A DNA stretch of 64,000 nt from the NCBI GenBank assembly GCA_951406725.2, contig OX597830.1, positions 59,148,001 to 59,212,000 of the forward strand, in the 5' to 3' direction. How positions within the stretch are numbered: position 1 is the stretch's first letter; each line of letters opens with the position of its first letter. Made by a program: the position numbers and the translations under genes. The DNA is from Octopus vulgaris (lineage: Eukaryota). Below, piece by piece: positions 53,514 through 64,000 of this stretch. The notes under the pieces are model-generated. The model searched no databases. It saw nothing but the letters and a program-made list of their open reading frames with translations, and had not been told where the DNA came from.

Positions 53514-54429
53514 TGACCGTCCTGCACACACTGTAAAGTGGTTGCCATTTGGAAGGGCATCCTGCTGTAAAAACCTTGCCAAAACTGACCTCTCTGGTGC
53601 TTGTGCCATGTAAAAAGCACAAAGTCCACTCTGCTGGGTGATTGGTGTTAGGAAGGGCATCCAGCTGTAAAAATCCTGCCAAAACAGTCACATAAGTCTG
53701 GTGCAGGCTGGCCTGCTCTTGTCAAGCTGTCCACTCATACTGGCATGGATGGAAGGGGATGGTAAACAATGATGATGCCCCCAATGCCCAATCAGTTTCT
53801 TAATATAGCCTGTACTTTAAATGCACATTGCATATCCACCTGATCACAGTCCCACTTCATATTTGGCTTCCCAAACTCTATATTTTAGGCTAAACTGAAT
53901 TTATATAAATGACAGAATTCAATTTTTGTGAACACATTTTTGCTGCCAATAAATTCATTATCTCAATATCAATCTATCAGATGTTATTTCCTCTCCTCTC
54001 TTCTTGTCCCTTGACGTGATATCATTTCCTCTCTTCCCTTCTGGTCCCTTTATTGAATTGAGCATCTTCCAATCAACTGTCCTGCTAACGATATCAGTTA
54101 AATGAATGCATTTACTACACATGTAGTGTTTTATCACAACCCGCTTGATACCATTTTTGTTAAATAAATCTACATATCTAGTGTTATGGCTCTATTATTA
54201 CCTAATTGGCAACTAACCAATAATTACCAAATCAATGTCTAATCTTGAATGAGAAGGCAATCATTCGGGAATATTCTGGTTAAAAAGCAAAACAAAACTA
54301 TAACATTTTTTTTAGATAATTCCCTAATTCAGTAAACAACTGCGTAAGCTGTAATTTTTTTTTTTAAATCAATGATTATTTCAAAAGTAAATTAATGTAG
54401 TGTGGAGGAAGGATGAGTGACTGGAAGAA

Positions 54430-54950
54430 AGAAGGGAGAGGAAATAACATCACATCAAGGAAAAAGAAGGGAGGAAAGGAAATGACATCATGTTAAGGGA
54501 CCGGAAGAGAGAAGAGGTGGTGTCAAGTCAAGGGACCAGTAAGGAGAGGAAATGACATTACATCAAGGGACCAAAAGGGAGGAGGCAAAATGACATCATG
54601 TCAAAGGAGGAAATGACATGATGTCAAGGAACAGGAAGGGAGGAGAAGAAATGACATCATGTCAAGAGACTGGAAGAGAGAAGAAATTACATCAAGTCAA
54701 GGAACCGCAAGGGAGAAGTGACGTCAAGTCAAGGGACCAGAAGGGAAGAGAGGAAATGACATTACGTCAAAGGACAGGAAAGGAGAGGAAGTGACATGAA
54801 GTCAAGGGACCAGAAGAGAGAGAAAGTGACATCATGTCAAGGGACCAGAAGGAAGGACAGGAAATGACATCACATCAAGGGACCAGAAGAGAAAGGAAGT
54901 GATGTCAAGTCAAGGGATTAGAAGGGAGAGGAAATGACATCATGTCAAGA
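54430..54950. repeat. Diverged minisatellite, unit of about 36 bp, about 15 copies
   Basis: Unit approximately gaggaaatgacatcatgtcaagggaccagaaggga. Confidence 0.9.
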
Positions 54951-55912
54951 AGTGACAGGGTAAATAGCCCCTTTCTTAAGGATGTGTTGCAAGTGACTGA
55001 CATGTGTTTGGAGTGATGATAGGGTTAGGGTTAGTCCCTTCTGGTCACAGGTTGGGGACAGCTTATGCATGGATACAACTGTGGGATCTTGCCTTACAAC
55101 AACATGTAGGTTGAAATGTTTTCCACGTCTTATGAATATGAACATAATGAATTAAAATTCAAATAAACAAACAACAGTAAGTTTTCCATAAAAACAAAAA
55201 TCATTGTTTAAATAATTACAATTATCAAATTTTGTTCTTAAATCATATTGTTATTTGAATTAATAACATTTTATACGTAATACCAAAGCCTGTCTGAAAA
55301 TGAAGCTCAACTTTTAAAAAACAGCAAGCCAACCAGCCAACACTGTGCTCACAACTGCACTGCTATATCTGGGTGACTGTGACTTTCAGTTGAAAAATAG
55401 CCACAGTTGTTCTGTCATCATCATCACCATTTAATGTCCATTTTCCAATCTGGCATATATTGTAGATTTTAACAAGAGCCAAGGAGCCAGAGAACTGCAT
55501 CAAGCTGCAGCATCTACTCTGGCATGGTTTCCACAGCTGGATGGCCTTTCTGACACCAACCACTTCACACCAAGGGATTCATATGACAAGATCCCTTCAA
55601 CTGAAGGGGTTGTAGTATTGAGGGCAGTGGCTTTTATGTCAGGTGATGAAAGGTTCAAGTGTGACAGAGGGATAGGAACAGGTGTCTTGTACTAGAGGAG
55701 ATACAAAGCCACCCCAGATTGAATGCATTCTTTTATTTATTTCAGTCATTTGACTGAGGCCATGCTGGAGCACTGCCTTTAGTCGAGCAAATCGATTCCA
55801 GGACTTATTCTATTGGTCCCTCTTGCTGAACTGCAAAGTGACGAGGACGTAAACACACCAGCATTGGTTGTCAAGTGATGTTGTGGGGACAAACACAGAC
55901 ACACACACACAT

Positions 55913-55968
<56 letters not shown>

Positions 55969-56109
55969 GACAGGCTTCTTTCAGTTTCCATCAACCAAAT
56001 CCACTCACAAGAAGACACTTACTCAAGGTGCCATGCAGTCGGACTGAACCTGGAACCATGTGGTTGGTAAGCAAGTTACTTACCACACAGTCACTCCAGC
56101 GCCTATTCA

Positions 56110-57670
56110 GAGAACTTAATTTGTTGCAAGATGAAACAAAGATTTGAATAGGTTTGTATGAAATTCTGTTTGAGAAACTTTTGTAAAACCTTTTCTAATA
56201 ATGCAACAAGCCTATAGGTAGGATTGTCTGGGTTGTATGCAATGTCCTGAGTGGCGCCAACGTTTTGAAGGAAGAACATCCACTGAAAAAGGATCTCGAC
56301 AATTTTCCACAACAACAACAGATAATTACACTGCAAAAGTGTGTGTTGTCATTATTGTCGTCATCGTCATGTCCATGCTTGCACAGATCAGACAAGAGTA
56401 CACATTATGGCAGAGTTTTCTATGGTTTGATAGCCTTCATGATGCTGGCCTCCACCTGCTTCCAGGTGATGTAATAATCTCTCTGTCTGTTCAACAAATA
56501 ACGGTCTGAATGTGTTTACGCAAAGAACTGGAAACAAATGACACAGCATGAGCGAGCCTTTCTTTTATGAAGATTATGCAAGACATGTCAAGACAAGTCA
56601 AGAAACCTGGACATGCGTTTGCAGTGCACAGCAAACAAACAACACTGACAATATAAGTAATTGTTTACGACCAGCAGAAGTGAATGAATGGGAGGACGAG
56701 GGGAACACAAACTCCTTTACACAAACACACAGATAGCAGACAGGTTATCTGAAGAAGTTAGTGTCATCATCATCATTTAACGTCTGTTTTCCTAGTTGGC
56801 ATGGGTTGGACGGTTTGATTGGGGACTGGCCAGCCAGTAGGCTGTGCCAAGCTCCAATCTGGCCTGGCAAAGTTTCTACAGCTGGATGCCCTTCCTAATG
56901 CCAACCATTCCGAGAGTGTAATGGGTGCTTTTTATGTGCCACTAGCATGAGTGCCAGTCAGGCGACACTGGCATCGACCCATGCTTGAATGGTGCTTATT
57001 ACGTGCCACCAGCATGGGTGCCAGTCTGTATTATGGTTCTTAAAAATGAGAATTGAAGGTACATCATGCTGGTGCAAAATGTGGTGTGTCTGCAGAATAC
57101 TGACAGCATTATCATTTAGTGTGTTTTCCATGCTGGCATGGGTTGGATGGCTTGACAGAAGCTGTCAACCTGGAGCAGCACCAGACTCCATTTGTCCATT
57201 TTGATGTAGTTTCTATGGCTGGATACCCTTCCTAACACCTTACAATGTGAACTGGATGCGTTTTACGTGGCACCATCACGGGCTTTTTATGTGGCACAAG
57301 CACAGATGTGCAGAAAGAAAACCAAATCACAGTCAGTCAGAAGCAATTTTGTCATTCAAATAATAATGGAATCTTTCTGTAAGAGTCACAGAATCATAAA
57401 TGTAAAGTTATTGTGTTGAAAACGAAAAGGTTAATCTTTGCAGTGAGTTGAATAATTGTTGGCATGACCAAAAAAAAAAAAAAATTTGAGTCATTTAAAA
57501 GTGAATGAAGGTGAAGTTAAAGTCCTTTCTGAGTTTGAAGGGCATGGTTCACGATAAGTTTGTTTCATGTGCTTGGACACTGCTGATGTCCTGAGGTGCT
57601 TGAAAGAGATAATATGAAGGACAAGGCCTGAGGCAAAGACAAAATAAACCTTGATGTACTACAACAATAC
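56110..57670 (+). pseudogene. Highly decayed mariner transposase, interrupted by SINE/RTE insertions
   Basis: Residual motifs VCMKFC, EW..RFEGRTSTE..STTTTD, EGMVHDKFV and DVLRCLKEII*RTRPE. Confidence 0.6.
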
Positions 57671-60600
57671 ACACTTTCCACAACCTGTTTTGGTAAAGAC
57701 ACAAAATGATTTGTTCCAAAGATGCCAAATTCTCCAAATTTTCCCCTACAGATCTTTTCTTCTCCACTCCCTTTCCCTCTTCTAAGTTGTTGAAATCCAC
57801 CTTGTTTTCACAGAAGGTCAATGATTTCAGACAATAAAAAGGGGATTGGAAAAAATTCCCTATGAGAACTGTGCATTACCTCCTGGAAACCCGTCAAAAA
57901 CTGGGGTTGAATGTTGGGAGCAGTGTACTGAGATCAGAGGAAACCATTTTGAGGGAGAATTAAATTCTCAGTGAGAAAATGTTTGGTCATTCAAACTTTC
58001 TGAAATTTGTCACAGACTAAGGAATAAAACAGTGTAAAGGTGTTTGTTTGTTTGTTCCTTCTTGAGCCATGTCTGGCTCATAAGGGCCGGTTTCCCGATT
58101 TCCTTGGCGTATAGGTTCCCCACTTGGACAGGAAGCCAGTACATCGCAGGTGAGCTGCAAGATGCAGGAGGAAAGAGTGAGAGAAAGTTGTGGCGAAAGA
58201 GTCAGCAGAAGTTTCGCCATTACCTTCTGCTGGAGCCTCGTGGAGCTTAGGTGTTTCGCTCATAAACACACAAATCGCCCGGTCTGAGATTCGAACCCGC
58301 GATCCCTCAACAGCGAGTCCAGTGCTCTAACCACTAAGCCATATGCCTCCACAGTATACTTCTATCTTTTACTTGTTTCAGTCAAAGGAATCGATCCCAA
58401 TTTTTTTGTTAAACCCTGGTACTTATTCTATCAGTCTTTTTTGCCAAATGGCTAAGTTATAGGGATGTAAACACACCAACACCAGCTGTTAAGCAGTGGT
58501 GGGACACACACACACACTAGGATTCTTTCAGTTTCTGTCTACCAAATCTGCTTACAAGGCTTTGGTTAGTCTGAGGCTATAGTACAAGACTCCTGCCCAA
58601 GATGCCACACAGAGGAATTGAACCCAGGACCGTATGATTGGGAAGCAAACTAATGAAGAGAGCCCTCAACATTTTCTATCCAAAAGTGTTTATATTATTT
58701 ATAGCTCTGTGTGACCTGCTTCAAGAACCACTCTTCCAAAACTGAATTATTTCATGATCTGTTGAAAGTTTATAAAATTCTGAGGACTTCAAAAAAAAGA
58801 ACAAATTTCAACAGATTTGTTTTCTTAAGAAGATCAGCAAAACAAGAAAACCTTTTATGTGCCAGTGTTAAGAATTAACCCTTTAGCATAATCTGGTGCA
58901 AATGTTCTATATGTTTTATGTTCAAAATGGCCGGGTCTGGCCTCTCAAACCTACCCTGAAATGTCATTCTAAAAATAAACAACATCATCAAAATCTTGAA
59001 GCTATGAGATAAGCCATCATTAATTCAAAACAATATGAATAAATAAGCATTATATTCCTATTTCCTCTAGGCACAAGGCCCAAAATTTTGGGGGAGGGGG
59101 TCAGTCAATTAAATTGACCCCACTACGCAACTGGTACTTAAATTATTGACTCCGAAAGGATGAAAGGCAAAGTTGACCTTGGTGGAATTTGAACTCAGAA
59201 CATAAAACCATGAAATAGCGCTAAGCATTTCACCTGGCATGCTAATGTTTCTGTCAGCTCGTTGCCTTTATACTATAGGTGCAAAGGCAGCAAGCTGGCA
59301 GGTATGCTCAGTGCTATTTTGCCTGTCACTACATTCCGAGTTCAAATTCCGCCAAGGTCAACCTTTGCCTTTCACTCTTTCGGGGTCGATAAATCAAGTG
59401 CCAGTGAAACACTGAGGGCTGATTTAATCAACTAGCCTTCTCCCACAAAATTTCAGACCTACCGTAGAAAGGATTATATTATAGGTGCAGGCATGGCTGT
59501 GTGGTAAGTAACTTGTTTACCAACCACATGATTCCGGGTTCAGTCCCACTGCATGGCACCTTGGGCAAGTGTCTTCTACTATAGCCTTGGGTCAACCAAA
59601 GCCTTGTGAGAGGATTTGGTAGACAGAAACTGAAAGAAGCCCGTCGTATATAAATATATCTATGTATGTGTGTGTGTGTGTGTTTTTGTATCTCTGTTTG
59701 TTGCCCACCACGGCTTGACAACTGATGTTGGTGTATTTATGTCCTTGTAACTTAGCAGTTCGGCAAAAGAGACCAATAGCATAAATACCAGGCTTGGAAA
59801 ATAAGCACTGGTGTTGATTTTATTTGACCAAAATCTCTCCAAGGTAGCGTTCCAGGATGGCTGCAGTCTAATGACTGAAATAAATAAAAGACATTCTGAC
59901 AGCGTAATCTGAATGCTAAAGAGTGAAGTATCCATGTAACACTTTACGTGGAACCTCTGTTAAGATCAATAAAAAGTCGTGTTCAGGAAGAGTGTCTCGG
60001 CCTTTTTGATGTCTAAGCTTCTAGCTAAACACATTTATACAAGCTGTGTCACCTTTTCTGACAGGGAAGTTTTTATTTAAATGAAAAAAAAATACATTTT
60101 TCTGTTGTGTTGTTTAGGTTATATTGACATCCACTGTTGGATATCTTTATACATTCACTCAGAAGCAAATTTTTTTTAAAACAACATCCTATAAGTTGTC
60201 TGCTTCTCAATCTTAACCAGATTATGTTATACAATTTAGAAATCCAACTCACTGCTATTGTGTCGTAATATCGATTTCTTTCTCATTGCGCAGAATGAAG
60301 AATGAGTGAATAACATTTACGACATTCATGGGGGCATTTATTGACATTAGAAACGAAGTGAATTGGTTTCAATTAGGAACTAAAACCAACTTATGGACTC
60401 AGCTCACAAAACCCTTCTACTAATTTATAGCCTACCACCCATCGTCATGTAAAATGAGTCTGATCCCATTCAGCAGTCAGCTCGCAGCCGATTTCCAGTT
60501 ATAATTTATGATCTATGTTTACTCATTTTATAGGTTTCAGACATTTGGCTCTGGCCATGCTGGAACAACACCTTCAAGGGGTCTTTTTTTAATCATTGTC

Positions 60601-60849
60601 AACCCCAGTATTTTTTCTGGTACTTGTTTTATTGACATCCTGTGGTTAAAACAGCAAAAGCCAATTTTAGTCATCATCATCATCGTTTAATAATCTGTTT
60701 TCCATGCTGGCATGGGTTGGATGGTTTGACAGGAACTGGCAAGGCTGGGACCAGCACCAGGTTCCACTGTGTTTTGGCATCGTTTCTACAGTTGGATGCC
60801 CTTCCTATTGCCAACCACTTTACAGAGTTTACTGGGTGCTTCTTACGGG

Positions 60850-61435
60850 ACACCAGCACCAATGCTTTTCACATGGCACCATCACCAGTGCTTACCACAT
60901 GGCACCATCATCAGTGCTTTTTACATGGCACCATCACCAGTGCTTACCACATGGCACCATCACCAGTGCTTACCACATGGCACCATCACCAGTGCTTACC
61001 ACATGGCACCATCACCAGTGCTTACCACATGGCACCATCACCAGCGCTTTTACATGGCACCATCACCAGTGCTTACCACATGGCACCATCACCAGTGCTT
61101 ACCACATGGCACCATCACCAGTGCTTACCACATGGCACCATCACCAGCGCTTTTACATGGCACCATCACCAGTGCTTACCACATGGCACCATCACCAGTG
61201 CTTACCACATGGCACCATCACCAGTGCTTACCACATGGCACCATCACCAGCGCTTTTCACATGGCACCATCACCAGCGCTTTTTACATGGCACCATCACC
61301 AGTGCTTACCACATGGCACCATCACCAGCGCTTTTCACATGGCACCATCACCAGCGCTTTTCACATGGCACCATAACCAGTGCTTTTCACATGGCACCAT
61401 AACCAGTGCTTCTTACGTGACACCATCACCAGTGT
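60850..61435. repeat. Young 25-26 bp minisatellite, about 22 copies, inside an RTE 3' fragment
   Basis: Unit catggcaccatcaccagtgcttacca, with variants ending cgctttta or cgcttttca. Confidence 0.95.
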
Positions 61436-63284
61436 TGGTGTAAAGAAATATAACCAAGGTGAGATCTAATACCAGTTTGCATTCCAATTCTTCTAACTCT
61501 TGCTGATGTACAGACTTAAATACGCCCAGTCTTTCTCTCCCTCATTCACACATATGCAGAAAGAGGAAGATGGATGCATCTAGAATTTCAATACAGATGA
61601 TGTCCTCTTCAAATGGACCTATCAATAGCTGTCTAATTAGTGCCTGTATATACATGACTATATTATACAAAAAAGCACCCACTACACTCACGGAGTGGTT
61701 GGCGTTAGGAAGGGCATCCAGCCGTAGAAACATTGCCAGATCAGACTGGGCCTTGTGCAGCCTTCTGGCTTCCCAGACCTCAGTTGTACCATCCAACCCA
61801 TGCCAGCATGGAAAGCGGACGCTAAACGAAGATGATGATGATGATGTATATTATATACATAGTCGGAAACCTGTTGAAATTACTCCCATCCGCTATTATC
61901 ATTATCATCATTTTCATGTCTTCTTTTCCACACTTGAAAGGTGTCAGATGGTGTTTACTGAGGTAGATTTCCTACAACCGGATGCTCTCCCTGTTGCCAA
62001 TCCTCGCCTGTTTCCAAGTAAGGTGATATTTGCCACATGGCCAGACATGTTTTCACAGGAGAATATTGGAAATAACCGACACTGCTTGTATGACAGTGAC
62101 ACTCATTTACATCTGTCATGCAATGCCAAGGCAAGGAGACACAGACAAAAACATTCACACACACAACTTCCATCAATCGAATCCATTCACAAGGCTTTTG
62201 GTCAGCCAAAACTATAGTACAAGACACTTTCCCATGGTGCCATGCAGTGGGACTGAACTCAGAACCATGTGGTTGGGAAACTGACTTCTCAATCACACAG
62301 CCACAGCTGTGTCCTATGCATGCAATAAATCAAGCAAGTTTTTTTCAGTTCTCATCTACCCTATTTCACTCAAGGTTTTCGTTGTCTCAAATCTGTGATA
62401 CACTACAACATACAGGGCTTGAACCTAGAACCATGTTGTGGTGATATAAACTTCTTAACTACATACATTTATGCTTGTTTGAAATCTAAAATTAGAAATG
62501 TCTTTCTATTTTTGTACTTTTGTACTTTTTCAACCTGAAATTTTTTCTCAAGTCAGTAATGACGGGGGGGGGTATGCATGCAAGTCTTTTGAGCTATCAT
62601 AATAATGTTGTACACTTCAATCATACGTCTGGCACAACATATCTGAAAAACCAGAATGGTACTATACTGCATTACATAGAATGGGAATTTTTAAGATTTG
62701 GGTTCTAAAATTTTTGACTGGTACAAATATGTAGCAGCCAGGCTGAAAGGGTTAAGGAATATTCTCATCTTAAAACAAAAGTGTTTTCAATAAATTATGA
62801 ACTTTAATCAACCATCTAAAACAACCTATTTTAGATTAACTGATCTGGATAATAACATTCTTTAAGCAGCCAGCCTCTAATACAGTCCTTTGCTATAACT
62901 CTTGGAGTGGTTGGCATTAGGAATGGCATCTGGCTATAGAAACTTTGCCAGATCAGATTGGAGCCTGGTGTACCCTTCTGGCTTGCCAGCCCGCAGTCAA
63001 AGCGTCCAACCCATGCCAGAATGGAAAGCAATGATGACAACATGCTAACTTTTTGCCTGTCTGAAGCACTTTTGTAAGGGCCTTCTAGATATCCATGCTT
63101 GTTTTCAGACTTTTAATGAGCTTCTGTTTCATATGAAGCTTTCCTTTCATAGGTCCCAAATTACTCCAGTCATTGAAAACAATTGGGAGTGTTGTATCAT
63201 ATGATGCACGGACTCCTGGAAAATATGAACCACATGGAATACAAAAGACAGGCAAAGGTTTAATACAATAATTAAGATTTTATT

Positions 63285-63963
63285 TGACGACTGCGCTGGT
63301 ATGGTCATGTGTTACATATGGATGAGGACAGCTATGTGAGGAAGTGCCACACTCTAACTATGGAAGGAACCTGTGGAAGAAGCAGACCCGAGAAGATATG
63401 GAATGAGGTGCTGAAACATGACCTTCGAACATTGAGCCTCAGAGAGATAATGACAGGAGACTGAGTCCTTTGGAGATATGCTGTGATTGAGAAGACCTGG
63501 CAACTAAAGTGAGATCGCAGCCATGAATGTCCGGCCCAGTTAAGAGTACCCCTGATGCATGGGGTGATATGATATGCTTGAGAAGACCTGTTGAGTCAAG
63601 TGAAACCAATATCATAGCTGTAGCTGGTGTCCCTTGACTGGTTCCCATGCCAGTGGCACATAAAAAGCACTATCCAAATGTGGCCAATGCCAGTACCCGC
63701 TAACTAGGCCCAATGCCGGTGGCATGTAAAAAGCACTCTCTGAACATGATTGATGCCAGGCCTGCTTGACTGGCTCCTGTGCCAGTGGCACATAAAAACC
63801 ACCCACTACACTCTTGGAGTGGTTGGTGTTAGGAAGGGCATCCAGCTGTAGAAACACTGCCAGATCAGATTCGAACCGGGTGCAGCTGCCTGGCTTGCCA
63901 GTTCTTGGTCAAACTGTCAAATCCATGCCAGCATGAAAAACGGACATTAGCAATGATGATGAT
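63285..63963 (+). mobile_element. 5'-truncated RTE-clade LINE
   Basis: Translates RLRWYGHVLHMDEDSYVRKCHTL..EGTCGRSRPEKIWNEVLKHDL (RTE ORF C-terminus), followed by a 3' UTR and (GAT)n tail. Dozens of shorter 3' fragments occur in the window. Confidence 0.85.
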
Positions 63964-64000
63964 TGACCAACACAAGACTAGTCGAGACTAGTTACTAACA

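Noticed and set aside
54430-54950. CRISPR-like array of palindromic repeats
   Set aside because: The inter-repeat segments are similar to each other rather than unique spacers, there are no cas genes, and the context is eukaryotic.
55021-55034. Telomeric TTAGGG-like repeats
   Set aside because: Only about 2 units; too short to call an interstitial telomere.
60642-61443. Three overlapping ORFs of 224-244 aa
   Set aside because: A stop-free 25/26-bp tandem repeat open in all three plus frames.

Overview
This is AT-rich, repeat-dense eukaryotic DNA. The SINE/LINE families look like those of Octopus (recognised from memory, not searched). Almost all ORFs in the supplied track are artefacts of microsatellites and SINEs. 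By hand I assembled six phase-compatible minus-strand exons (50769 to 12629) encoding about 238 aa of the C-terminal part of an unidentified protein, followed by a U-rich 3' UTR. The rest contains tRNA-derived SINEs, RTE LINE 3' ends, decayed mariner elements, piggyBac-like and Merlin-like MITEs, and minisatellites. The most interesting signal is at least five unrelated short elements carrying type I hammerhead-ribozyme motifs of the Penelope-like element (PLE) kind. Two of these families also have a tRNA-derived Pol III head and occur as head-to-head inverted units, so they are candidate Penelope-mobilised, ribozyme-bearing SINEs. Also notable are a 337-bp-arm foldback that extends beyond a mariner TIR and a direct duplication of about 128 bp around one SINE.
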